Source: an uncultured Dehalococcoidia bacterium | GTDB lineage: Bacteria; Chloroflexota; Dehalococcoidia; DSTF01; RBG-16-68-14 | Length of the DNA stretch: 64,000 nucleotides | Assembly (NCBI GenBank): GCA_964406605.1 | Contig: CAYOSF010000014.1 | Location: forward strand, 5,095 to 69,094 | Direction: 5' to 3' | In this document: piece by piece, positions 17,511-27,018 of the stretch | Numbering within the stretch: position 1 is the first letter of the stretch | How the letters are laid out: every line of letters starts with the position of its first letter | Made by a program: the position numbers and the translations under genes | Notes under the pieces: generated by a model | What the model was told of the DNA's origin: nothing | The model's database searches: none | The model's input: the letters and a program-made list of their open reading frames with translations, nothing else

Positions 17511-20363
17511 TCAGGCTGAGCCCGTCTGCGCGACAAGTGCTCGACTGCCTGATGCCGGGCGAGGCCGCCTGTTCTCTCCCAGCTTCTGGACGTCCACGCG
17601 CACCGCCCGGTCCACCGGCGTCGGCTGCCACTGCAGAGGCCAGTAGCGTAGGTGGCCGTAGCCGCCCGCCAGGTGCAGCCACTTCACCATCCCCGGCTCC
17701 ACGTCCATCGAGCCCCGCCAGCCCCGGAACTGGTACGGGTCCCAGCCGTTGTAGCAGATCACCTGCCCCGGCCTGACCGAAGGCGATAGCTTCACCGGTA
17801 CCAGGAAGTCCCCCGCATCGTTGTAGACCCGCACCTCCTCGTCGTCCTCGATGCCCCGCGCCTGCGCGTCCACCGGGCTCATCACCAGGTGCGGCCGTCC
17901 CCGGTGCGTCTGCAGCAGCATCCGGTTCGCGATGTTGATGGAGTGGATGCTCCAGCGGTTGTGGCCTGAGGTCATGGCGAAGGGGTAGTCGCCGCCCATC
18001 TTCGGGTTCTCCTTGTGGGTGGGGAACCCCTCGCCCGCCTCCAGGAACCAGGGGTGGTCGATGTAGAACTGGGCGCGGCGGGTGAGCGTCGGGTACGGCA
18101 GCTTCTTCTGGGTGTGCCAGGTCGAGTGGACGAATGTCTCGTCCGGCTTGATGTCGCTGGCTTGATTCGCGTCCATTACGGAAAGACCCAGGTGCGTGAA
18201 GCGCCGGTATCCATCTCTTTTCAGCGTTGACAGCGTCGTGTCCTCCGGCAGGGATCCGGCGGCAACACCGTCGCGCACCATCTCGCCGGCCATCCGCTCC
18301 TCCGTGGCAAGGGCGCCCCCTAGCGTGAGTTGGTCGTGCAGTCCCCGCAACGAACGGGCATTGCCCTGGCCGTCGGCGTACTCCTTGAGACCTCGCGCTC
18401 GTGCGCGCTGTTCCAGCTTCGTGGCCAGGAGCAGTGATATCTCCCACTCGGTCTTCGCATCGCCCGGCGGCTTCGCCGACTGCTCCGTGTGGATGAGCAA
18501 CAGCATGTGGGGCGTCGACATGTGGAAACCCGACGACTCGTACTCGTTGGCTACAGGCAGCACGATGTCCGACCAGCGCGCCGTGGTGCTCATGCGCCAA
18601 TCGAGTGTCACCACTTTGTTCAGCTTCGGCCACAGGTGGCGCAGCAGTTGTGTCCCTCCCCCGCGCACCCGCCGCAGGGTGTTGCCGGCGACATTGAACA
18701 GCACGCGCGGGCGGGTCTTCGGCGCGGGCCGGGCGACGCCTTGCCACCACCCCTTGTCCACCGCCTCCCGGAAGTACTCGTCGAAGGGACGCTTCATGGC
18801 GGGGTCGCCCCACTCGCGGTTGTTCCATCGCTCGCGGTAGCCGCAGTGGTGGTACCAGAAGAATGCCGGCGGGATGAGGAGGAGGCTCCCCGCAGACGCG
18901 GCCCGGCAGGCCATCTCGATGCCCGCCATCTCCTCGGTCCAGGTGGTATCGGCGCTCTTCACTTCGGCCAGCATGTTCGCGTAGACGCCCAGGACCGTCT
19001 TCGTCGCGCGCCGGCCCGGCCGGCCCTTCCGGGCCACGATGCCGGGCCCGTCGAAGAAACCCACGGACCAGCAGCCCACTCCTGTCCCCTTGCGCCCCCA
19101 GTTTCCGGTCAACCCGAGGAGCAGGAGGATCGACCGAAGCATCAGGTCCGCGTGGTAGTACTTGAGCGACGTGCCGCCCGCCCAGACCTGCGTCCGCTTC
19201 TGGGCCGCCTTACGCCCCAGCGACCGTATCGCATCCGGATGAACGCCGCAGATCTTCGAGGCCTTCTCCGGTGTGTAGCTGCGGTTCAGATGCTGCCGCA
19301 GCAGCTCGAACGCAGACGCGACCGTCACCCGCGAGCCGTCCTTCAGACGCACGCGGTGCCGTCCCTCCAAAGCCGGCTTCACCTTCCCCCACCGCAGCGT
19401 TCCCTTTGGTGCGGCCGCCAGGCGGCGCTTCTCCGTGTCCCAGGCATAGAACTGCTCGTCCGAGCCGCCTTCCTTGAGATCGGATTCCCGCAGGAATCGC
19501 CCGGTATCGAGACGCACGAGCAGCGGGAGGTCCGTCTGCTCCTTCACGAACCGCTCGTTATAGATTCCCTCCTCGATGATCACCTGCGAGGCGGCGAGCG
19601 CCCAGGCCGCGTCGGTCCCCGTGCGCACCGGGTAGTAGTAATCGGCCTGGATGTGCGATGGGCTGCAGTCCGGGGCGAACAGCACAACCTCTGTCCCCTG
19701 GTAGCGGGACTCGACGGTGTAGTGCGACGTCGCGATGACGGTGTAGACCGGATTGGCCTGGAATATGATCAGAAGCTCCGTATGAAAGGCATCGTCCAGG
19801 CTGCTGCAGACGTTGAACTTGCCGAAGGTGAGGTAGATGCCCGGGCTGAAATCGTTGATCTCCGCGTTGACGTCCGTCGTCAGGCCGCCGAGCATGTTCA
19901 TCAGCCGCCCGTGGCCGGAGCCGGTCCACGTGCCGCCCTCGGCGCCCATCGCGGTGATGATCGACTCAGGCCCGACCTCCTCGATGGCGTCGAGCAGCGC
20001 GTCTGCGACCTCGGTGACCGCCGTGTCCCAGGAGATCTCCTCCCACTTCCCTTCACCCCGCTTGCCCACGCGTCGGAGTGGGTGAAGCACCCGCTCCTGG
20101 CCGTACAGAGTGCGGCTCCAGGCCACGCCCTTCTGACAGCCCATCGGGTTGTAGTCCGGCACGCCCTCCTCGATCATCTTGAACGTGCCGGCCTGCTCCT
20201 CCCGCACGACCTTGCCGTCGCGGACATAGACGCGCATCGGGCAGTTGCCGGGGTAGCAGTCGACGCAATGGGTCCCCCAGTGGACCTCATCCCAGGACCA
20301 CCTGTCACGGTAGGCATCCGTCCACGACCCCGCTGCACCTCGCCCTCTGACTCGCGGTTTCAT
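17511..20363 (-). CDS. Type II DMSO-reductase-family molybdoenzyme alpha subunit (EbdA/S25dA-like), paralog 2, orphan
   Basis: WGTHCVDCYPGNC...YNPMGCQKG, DVNAEINDF, KYYHADL, YPTLTRRAQFYIDH, GHNRWSIH. Start trimmed to MKPRVRG after GAGGAGG; no Tat motif. Confidence 0.93.
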   Translation of the reverse strand: MKPRVRGRGAAGSWTDAYRDRWSWDEVHWGTHCVDCYPGNCPMRVYVRDGKVVREEQAGTFKMIEEGVPDYNPMGCQKGVAWSRTLYGQERVLHPLRRVGKRGEGKWEEISWDTAVTEVADALLDAIEEVGPESIITAMGAEGGTWTGSGHGRLMNMLGGLTTDVNAEINDFSPGIYLTFGKFNVCSSLDDAFHTELLIIFQANPVYTVIATSHYTVESRYQGTEVVLFAPDCSPSHIQADYYYPVRTGTDAAWALAASQVIIEEGIYNERFVKEQTDLPLLVRLDTGRFLRESDLKEGGSDEQFYAWDTEKRRLAAAPKGTLRWGKVKPALEGRHRVRLKDGSRVTVASAFELLRQHLNRSYTPEKASKICGVHPDAIRSLGRKAAQKRTQVWAGGTSLKYYHADLMLRSILLLLGLTGNWGRKGTGVGCWSVGFFDGPGIVARKGRPGRRATKTVLGVYANMLAEVKSADTTWTEEMAGIEMACRAASAGSLLLIPPAFFWYHHCGYRERWNNREWGDPAMKRPFDEYFREAVDKGWWQGVARPAPKTRPRVLFNVAGNTLRRVRGGGTQLLRHLWPKLNKVVTLDWRMSTTARWSDIVLPVANEYESSGFHMSTPHMLLLIHTEQSAKPPGDAKTEWEISLLLATKLEQRARARGLKEYADGQGNARSLRGLHDQLTLGGALATEERMAGEMVRDGVAAGSLPEDTTLSTLKRDGYRRFTHLGLSVMDANQASDIKPDETFVHSTWHTQKKLPYPTLTRRAQFYIDHPWFLEAGEGFPTHKENPKMGGDYPFAMTSGHNRWSIHSINIANRMLLQTHRGRPHLVMSPVDAQARGIEDDEEVRVYNDAGDFLVPVKLSPSVRPGQVICYNGWDPYQFRGWRGSMDVEPGMVKWLHLAGGYGHLRYWPLQWQPTPVDRAVRVDVQKLGENRRPRPASGSRALVAQTGSA

Positions 20364-20699
20364 CTCGCCTCCTCTCAAGCCACCGGCGGCCCGTCTCCGA
20401 TGCCACGCACTCCGCCGGCGTGGCGCGATGACGGCCCAAGGGTAGTGATTTTGCTCTGCGGCGTCAAACGGCGCGAACGATGAAGCGGCAGGCGGCATAC
20501 GGCCAGACATCACGCCGAGTGCCGCCCATATCAAAGCGAAACCCCGTTGCCGGCACGCTGGCTGGATGAGCTCGCGCGCCACGGATGCCGGCCTTCTAAC
20601 GCATTTGCCCGCTGGTCGAGCGCCTGCTATAGCACTCGCAGACCCCATTCAGCCTCGCCATTGACCGCGTTGGTGGGGCAGGGGTACCCCACGAAAGGA

Positions 20700-22013
20700 G
20701 TGCAGCTGCTCTTCGGCAAGGCCTCGCGCCCCGGCCGGCCGGCAGGAAGGAACCGGCCGTTCTACGGCTGGGTCATCGTCGGCGTGGCGGTGATCGTATC
20801 TTTATGTCAAGTCAGCTTCTTCAATCCAGTCCTCGGTGTCTTCTTCGAGCCGCTGAGCAAGGAGTTCGGCTGGAACCGGGCCACCATGTCGGCGGCCATC
20901 ACCATCGGCAGCATCGGCGGGGCGGTCATTTCCCCCCTGATCGGACGGATCATCGACCGCTGGGGCTCGCGGCTGGTGGTGGCCTTCGGCAGCGCGCTCT
21001 GGGGGGTCTGCCTCCTGGCCCTGGCATTCACGCCGGCTCTGTGGTGGTTCTACCTCTTCTACGGTGCGGGCCGGACGACGGCGACGGGGGCCACCAGCCT
21101 GGGAACGACCGTCACCGTGTCGAATTGGTTCGTCAGGAACCGTGGATTCGCTCTCGGAGTCATGCTCCTGGGCAATCGCGCCGGCATGGCCCTCCTGCCC
21201 CTGGCGGTGCAGCTCGTTCTGCTGGTGTCGAGCTGGCGGACTGCCTGGGCAATGATGGCCATCATGGTCCTGTCCCTATCTGTGCTGCCCAGCCTGCGGT
21301 TCCTTCGCCGCCGTCCCGAAGACATGGGCCTGCTGCCGGACGGCGCGGCCAGTGAGGCCGAAGCGGCCGAGATGTCCGTGGCGACCGCCGCCGAATCGGA
21401 GGAGCAGTGGACCCTGCGGGAGGCGCTCCGGACGCCCGCCCTGTGGTTGCTCACGCTGGCCACTTCCCAGATATTCATGGTGGGGGCCGCCATCAACCTC
21501 CACCAGATGCCCCATCTGGTAGACCAGGGTCTGTCCTCGACCCTGGCCGTGGGAGTGGTGAGCACGTTCGCGGTCTTCGGGGGCATCGGGGGCCTGCTCG
21601 GCGGGGTGGTGCAGCGCCGCCTTGGCGCCCGGTGGACCCTGGCGGCCTCTCTGGCAGCCGCGGCCTCGGGCATCGTGCTGCTGATCCACGCGGACAACCC
21701 AGGGCTCGCCTATCTGTACGGCGTCTGGTACGGGCTCGTGTTCGGGTCGGTCGTCACCATGATGCAGGTGGTGTACGCGGAGTACTTCGGCCGCGACTCC
21801 CTGGGCAGCATCCGAGGGGCGGTGGCGCCCATTCAGATGACCTTCAACGCCACTGGACCGCTGCTCGCAGGCTGGGCCTTCGACGTCGCGGGAGACTACA
21901 CGCGGATCTTCTGGATCTACGCGGGATTGCTGCTCCTTGCGTCGTTCTGGATGGTCATTGCGCGACGGCCCCGGCGGCCTGTCGCAGAGTCTGATGTAAG
22001 TCGAGGAAGCTGA
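20700..22013 (+). CDS. MFS transporter (OFA/MCT-like)
   Basis: FYGWVIV, GRIIDRWGSR motif A, NWFVRNRGFALG, EYFGRDSLGSIRG, about 12 TMs; GTG start after AAGGA. Confidence 0.9.
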   Translation: MQLLFGKASRPGRPAGRNRPFYGWVIVGVAVIVSLCQVSFFNPVLGVFFEPLSKEFGWNRATMSAAITIGSIGGAVISPLIGRIIDRWGSRLVVAFGSALWGVCLLALAFTPALWWFYLFYGAGRTTATGATSLGTTVTVSNWFVRNRGFALGVMLLGNRAGMALLPLAVQLVLLVSSWRTAWAMMAIMVLSLSVLPSLRFLRRRPEDMGLLPDGAASEAEAAEMSVATAAESEEQWTLREALRTPALWLLTLATSQIFMVGAAINLHQMPHLVDQGLSSTLAVGVVSTFAVFGGIGGLLGGVVQRRLGARWTLAASLAAAASGIVLLIHADNPGLAYLYGVWYGLVFGSVVTMMQVVYAEYFGRDSLGSIRGAVAPIQMTFNATGPLLAGWAFDVAGDYTRIFWIYAGLLLLASFWMVIARRPRRPVAESDVSRGS

Positions 22014-22384
22014 GCGCAGCCACAGCCTGCCGCCTCCCCAGCGAGCGGTGTGGTCCGGCGATGGCTGGACGCTTCTCCCTGCGGGCCACCAAAGTAAGGG
22101 TGAAAGCACAGCACCGCAGTGCGTGTTCAACGCTCAGCGCATATGAGCGAGCGGGGAAGGAGGCCATCCCGCAACGGCCAGGAGCCGGCACGCTGGGTCC
22201 CAAGCATGTGGCAGGACAGACACAGCAGGTGGTACCGTTCGTGAAAACAGACCCACTCGCCGACACCAAAGGCATCCGCGGAGGAGCCGCGCCGAAGAGA
22301 CACGGACCGCCGGAATGCTGTCAAGGTACGGAGCGATTCGACGCCAGGGGTAGAGACGCCGACACAGGGAGAAGGAGCCCCACG

Positions 22385-23416
22385 GTGGAACAGACGCCCT
22401 CAGATGTCTTCTTCACGCCGCGAGATGACGGCTACCTAAGGCAGCTCCGAGAGGAGGAGGGCTTCTGGGACGAGCACGAGCAAACGCTGAGTTCCAGGCC
22501 GCCGCCCCCCGCTCTCCAGAGCTACTTCAATGAGCAAATGACCGGGGATCCGAACCGTGAGTGGTTTGAAACGATCGCGGACTACGGTGATTTCCAGCAC
22601 GGTTGCGTGCTCGGGGCCGGACCTGGCTTCGTGGAGACCCACTTGTTGGCCAAGCACCCCCAGCTACACCTGATAATCCGCGACATCAGCCGAGGCGCAC
22701 TCGAACGACTCCACACCCTGCTTGAGCGCGACTTCCCGGGGCGATCGGAAACTCAGCAGATCGACCTCAACTTCGTGGAACTCCCCGCCGACGCGTACGA
22801 TCTCGTCGTCGCTCGGTCGACGATGCACCACATCCTGAATCTCGAGCATCTGGCGTACCAGACAAATCGCAGCCTGACCGCCGATGGCTACTTCTTCATG
22901 CAGGACGTGGTGTGCGAATCTCGCTTCCAGTTCAGCAAAGAGAAGAAGCGCCTCTTCGAAGCGTTCGTCGAGGGGACGTGGGATAGCCACGACTCCAAAC
23001 CGAAGTTCCGCTGGCCGGATCGTGACAATTGGGCCTTCAGTCCGTTCGAATGCGCACGCTCGGATGAGATTCTAGAGATCTGCGGCCGTTACTTGGAGAC
23101 GGTATCAGTGCGGACGGCGGGGGCGCTGGCGACCTCGAACCTGTGGGTCGACCAGCCCGGATTCCTCCCACCCCCGGGAGACAGCCGTGCGCGGGCCCTG
23201 ATACGCGCATTAAGACACGCCGCGTCACGCATGCGGCGCAGAATGCTCGGCCCACGACTTGACGTTGAGCTTGCACGATCTCGGGAGAACCTGCTGTTCA
23301 GCATGGACAGAATCGTCAGCGAAACAGGATACCTGACACCGTTCCTCGCGTTCGCTATCTACCGGCGCCGCGCAGCAGCGCCAGGCCCCGATCTGGGCAA
23401 CGCGGAGCCCCTCTAG
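22385..23416 (+). CDS. Class I SAM-dependent methyltransferase
   Basis: VLGAGPG motif I, DIS, DLNFVELPADAYDLVVARSTMHHI; start after AAGGAG. Confidence 0.8.
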   Translation: MEQTPSDVFFTPRDDGYLRQLREEEGFWDEHEQTLSSRPPPPALQSYFNEQMTGDPNREWFETIADYGDFQHGCVLGAGPGFVETHLLAKHPQLHLIIRDISRGALERLHTLLERDFPGRSETQQIDLNFVELPADAYDLVVARSTMHHILNLEHLAYQTNRSLTADGYFFMQDVVCESRFQFSKEKKRLFEAFVEGTWDSHDSKPKFRWPDRDNWAFSPFECARSDEILEICGRYLETVSVRTAGALATSNLWVDQPGFLPPPGDSRARALIRALRHAASRMRRRMLGPRLDVELARSRENLLFSMDRIVSETGYLTPFLAFAIYRRRAAAPGPDLGNAEPL

Positions 23417-23496
23417 CCTGCCCCACGGCCCACAGGGTCGCCGTCCGTTGTACACTGGGGGCGTTCGCATCGGACGCAGCACAGAGGAGGACAGAG

Positions 23497-24903
23497 ATGG
23501 TGCAGGACCTGGCTACTCGCAGCTACTGGCTCGGGCTGGACGAGTACGAACCCGACGCCCCGTTGGAGGGCGAGATGCAGGCCGATGTTGTCATCGTCGG
23601 CGGCGGCTTCAGCGGGCTATGGACTGCCTACCACCTTCTCAAGGCCGACCCAGCCATGACGGTGGTCGTTATCGAGGGGAGCGCCGTCGGCTACGGCGCC
23701 TCCGGGCGCAACGGCGGCTTCGCCATGACACTCCTGCACCGGAGCCTGCAGGACCTGGTCGATGCCGTAGGCGCGGATGAAGCGAAGGCGCTTCACCTCG
23801 GATCCGCTGAGGCGGTCCGCAACATCGGCAGCGTCTGTGAGGCCGAGGGGATCAATGCCGACCTGCAGCCCAACGGTATCCTGACCGTCGCCAACAACCC
23901 GCTCCAGGACGAGCACATCACGCGCGAGCTGGAAACGGCGCAGCGGCTTGGGCTGAGCGGCTTCCAGTTCCTCGAGAAGGATGAGGTCCAGGCGGCGGTG
24001 CACTCGGAGACGTTCCGGTGCGCGCTCCGGGAGGAGACCTGCACCCTCCTCAACCCGGCCCGCCTTGCTCGAGGGCTCAAGGAGGCCGTCATCCGTGCGG
24101 GGGGCCGCGTCTTCGAGCAGACGCCGATGGACCGCTTCGACGAGACCAACGGAGGCGTCACCGTCCTTACGCCGAAGGGCAAGATCACTGCTCAGCGCAC
24201 CCTCCTCGCCACGAACGCGTACAGCTCCCGCATCCCCGCCCTGAGCAAGCACGTGATGCCGTTCTACTCGTACATTCTGCTCAGTGATCCCCTGACGGAG
24301 GAGCAATGGTCGCGGGTGGGCTGGGCCGGCCGCGAAGGCATGGAGGACCGCCGGGTGTTCCTCCACTACTTCCGCCCGACGGTGGACGGCCGCCTCATGT
24401 GGGCCGGCCGCGACGCCCCCTATCGACCCAACGGACCCGATCCCAAGTACGACCGCGACGATCGCGTCTTTGGTCGACTGGAGGAAAGCTTCGCCTGGAC
24501 CTTCCCGCAGCTCAGCGATGTGAGCTTCCCGCACCGCTGGGGCGGCCCGATCGGGATCACCGGCACCTTCGTGCCCTGCGCCGGCTGGTTGAAGGGCGAG
24601 CGCGTCGCCTACGCCTTCGGCTTCAACGGCCACGGCGTCTCCAACACCAACCTCGTGGCGATGGCGATGCGCGACCTCATCCTGGGTCGCGATACCGATT
24701 ACACCCGACTCGCGATCATCGGCAAGAAGCCCATCGATCTCGGCCCGCGGTTACTGCGCGACCCCATGGTGCGCGCCAGCGTCGACTACCAGATCCGCCA
24801 GGACGACCTCGGGCAACCAGTGAAGCCTCCCCTCCTTGCCCGCTTGATGGAACGCATCGCCCCGGCCACCCAGAGCATGCGCAAGGACGGCGAGGACAAG
24901 TAG
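23497..24903 (+). CDS. FAD-dependent oxidoreductase (DadA/PuuB-like amine oxidase)
   Basis: SYWL, DVVIVGGGFSGLWTA, GASGRNGG, LNPARLARGL, WGGPIG, GFNGHGV. Confidence 0.9.
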   Translation: MVQDLATRSYWLGLDEYEPDAPLEGEMQADVVIVGGGFSGLWTAYHLLKADPAMTVVVIEGSAVGYGASGRNGGFAMTLLHRSLQDLVDAVGADEAKALHLGSAEAVRNIGSVCEAEGINADLQPNGILTVANNPLQDEHITRELETAQRLGLSGFQFLEKDEVQAAVHSETFRCALREETCTLLNPARLARGLKEAVIRAGGRVFEQTPMDRFDETNGGVTVLTPKGKITAQRTLLATNAYSSRIPALSKHVMPFYSYILLSDPLTEEQWSRVGWAGREGMEDRRVFLHYFRPTVDGRLMWAGRDAPYRPNGPDPKYDRDDRVFGRLEESFAWTFPQLSDVSFPHRWGGPIGITGTFVPCAGWLKGERVAYAFGFNGHGVSNTNLVAMAMRDLILGRDTDYTRLAIIGKKPIDLGPRLLRDPMVRASVDYQIRQDDLGQPVKPPLLARLMERIAPATQSMRKDGEDK

Positions 24904-24937
24904 CGACCTCGAAATCAAGGGCCCACAGGAGGCAGGC

Positions 24938-26188
24938 ATGGTCTACGATCTGTCCAAGTCCTACGAGATGCTCGAACGCGCCGCGCGCGTCATCCCTGGC
25001 GGCGTCTACGGCCCGCGGTCGCCGCGCTTTGCCACCTTCGGCGACTTCCCGGTGTTCGCCCGCAGCGCCCGCGGCTGTCGCATCACGGACATCGACGGCA
25101 ACGAGTACATCGACTTCATGTGCGCGTTCGGCCCAATCGTACTCGGCTACAACCATCCCGCGGTGCAGCAGGCGGCGATGGGCCAGGAGGAGCAGGTCAA
25201 CACATCCAGCATCTCGATCGACCGCATGGTCGAGCTGGCGGAGACGCTGATAGCGCGCTTCCCGTTCGCCGGCTGGTCCATGTTCGCCAAGAACGGATCG
25301 GACGTGACCACGCTTGCCACCCGAGTGGCCCGGGCGAACACCGGGCGCATGAAGCTGCTCGTGGCCGCCGAGGCTTATCACGGTGTCGATCCCTGGGCGG
25401 TGCCCGGCGGCGCAGGCGTGCCCCCTGCTCACCGGAGCGAGCGCGACGAGTTCATCTGGAACGACGTGCCGAGCGTCCACGCCGCCTTCGACCGGAACAA
25501 GGGCGACGTCGCGGCGGTGATGATCTGCCCGCTCAAGCATGACGCGACCGAAGCCGTCGAGGACCCTTCCCAGGAGTTCCTCGCGGCGATCAACGAGCGC
25601 GTTGCAGGAGAGAGCGCCCTGTTGATCATCGACGACGTCCGCTGCGGCTTCCGCCTGCATCCGTCGGGCGCGTCGCACCTTCGATACGGCTTGGAGCCCG
25701 ACGTGGTCTGCTTCGGTAAGGCGATCGCCAACGGCCATCCCATCTCGGTGCTGGTCGGCCGCGAGGACCTGCGCGAGACGGCCAAATCGCTCTTCTTCAG
25801 CGCCACGCACTTCTTCGCCGCCGCGCCCATGGCCGCTGCCCTAGCGACGATGGCGGCCTATGACGCCGAGGGCGCGTTCGAACAGATGCGGAGCGCCGGC
25901 CGCACGCTCCGGGAAGGGATCAGCGGGGCCGCGGCGAAGGCGGGCGTCGGCATCCGCTACACCGGCCCGGACACAATGCCCTACCTGGTCTTCGAGGACG
26001 ACCCGAAGTTGAGCCGCGTTCGTCGCTTCTCGGGCCTGGCGGCCCGGCGCGGCGTGATCTTCCACCCGCACCACAACTGGTTCCTCTCCGCCGCCCACAC
26101 GCCGGACGACGTCGCGCAGGCCGTGGCCGTCGCGGAGGAGTGCTTCGACCTGGTGGCAAAGGAGATCGCGGCCGGCGAGCTGGAGTAG
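24938..26188 (+). CDS. Class III PLP aminotransferase (GSA-aminomutase-like)
   Basis: IPGGV, DIDGNEYIDFMCAFGPIVLGYNHP, KNGSD, DDVRCGFR, FGKAIANGHP. Confidence 0.9.
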   Translation: MVYDLSKSYEMLERAARVIPGGVYGPRSPRFATFGDFPVFARSARGCRITDIDGNEYIDFMCAFGPIVLGYNHPAVQQAAMGQEEQVNTSSISIDRMVELAETLIARFPFAGWSMFAKNGSDVTTLATRVARANTGRMKLLVAAEAYHGVDPWAVPGGAGVPPAHRSERDEFIWNDVPSVHAAFDRNKGDVAAVMICPLKHDATEAVEDPSQEFLAAINERVAGESALLIIDDVRCGFRLHPSGASHLRYGLEPDVVCFGKAIANGHPISVLVGREDLRETAKSLFFSATHFFAAAPMAAALATMAAYDAEGAFEQMRSAGRTLREGISGAAAKAGVGIRYTGPDTMPYLVFEDDPKLSRVRRFSGLAARRGVIFHPHHNWFLSAAHTPDDVAQAVAVAEECFDLVAKEIAAGELE

Positions 26189-26302
26189 CGGGGTTCCGGC
26201 GCCTGGCACCGCGCTCCACCCGTAGATCGGGAGGGCGCGCGAGGGCCGGGCCTCGAGGTGTCGCGCCACGCCTCAGCGACAACGACCACGCAAGGGCCAA
26301 AG

Positions 26303-26509
26303 ATGGACTGCACCAACGAGATGACCACGAGGCTGGAAGAGGGGCCTCATGGCAACGTCATAGAGGTAACGGTCTTCACGTGTCCGCTGCCGGCACAGCT
26401 CTGCGCCAACAGCGAACCGCACGCGCCACACGATTGGGTGAGCCCGAAAGGGCAGCTAGTGCACTGCGTCGGCGTGCTGGAGGAAGAGGACGACGATGCG
26501 CCCGGGTAG
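26303..26509 (+). CDS. Small Cys/His-rich hypothetical protein (possible Zn finger)
   Basis: CPLPAQLCANSEPHAPHDW...VHCVG with an acidic tail. Confidence 0.5.
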   Translation: MDCTNEMTTRLEEGPHGNVIEVTVFTCPLPAQLCANSEPHAPHDWVSPKGQLVHCVGVLEEEDDDAPG

Positions 26510-26567
26510 CCAGCGTCTAGGCCCACCACCGGCTACCGTGCAGCGCTCGTCGTTGCAGGGAGCGATA

Positions 26568-26771
26568 TCAGGAGGCGGCTCGGCCGGGTAGGCGGCTGCC
26601 GGCTTCCTTGGCCATGCGATCAGCTTCGCCGATCGCATGCGGCGTGTGCGGCCCAGCCCCAGGACCTGACATTGCGGACTGGCCCGCGCGGATCTGCTGC
26701 CGGACGCTCAGAACGGCGTAGGTGAGGGCGTCGAGCGCCTGGATGATGCGCTCGTACTGCTCGTCATTCAT
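26568..26771 (-). CDS. Small hypothetical protein
   Basis: GGAGG SD before MNDEQYERIIQALDALTYAVL, an amphipathic helix. Confidence 0.55.
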   Translation of the reverse strand: MNDEQYERIIQALDALTYAVLSVRQQIRAGQSAMSGPGAGPHTPHAIGEADRMAKEAGSRLPGRAAS

Positions 26772-26883
26772 CGTGCACCTCCCACCAGGTATGTCGGCCA
26801 CAGTGTGGCGTCCCGCCAGGCGTCCACACACCTCGGCCTAAGGCCCGACTCCTGATCGCCCACCCGACCCAGGACCTAAGCCA

Positions 26884-26910
26884 GTACCGGCCGCTCCCGC
26901 ACGGTCCCTT
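26884..26910. repeat. Direct repeat copy 1, duplicating the ABC-F 3' end
   Basis: GTACCGGCCGCTCCCGCACGGTCCCTT; 26/27 identical to 28453-28479. Confidence 0.85.
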
Positions 26911-27018
26911 TCTCTAGGAGGTTCCGCCCAACTCAGTCCGGCTGAGATGAATCCCGGTTTGCTGGCCCTGGGCCGCAGTGGGTAGCATGTCATTGGCGCA
27001 TGTCGGCACCGCGGGATC

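Noticed and set aside
20364-20648. N-terminal extension of Mo alpha 2 containing RRR stretches that could be read as a Tat signal
   Set aside because: There is no RRxFLK plus hydrophobic helix in the right order, a strong SD precedes the ATG at 20363, and the paralogs start at the equivalent position.
24938-26188. Calling the aminotransferase hemL
   Set aside because: It lacks the canonical GGVNSPVR and NSGTEA motifs and is paired with an amine oxidase, so it is left as a class III aminotransferase.
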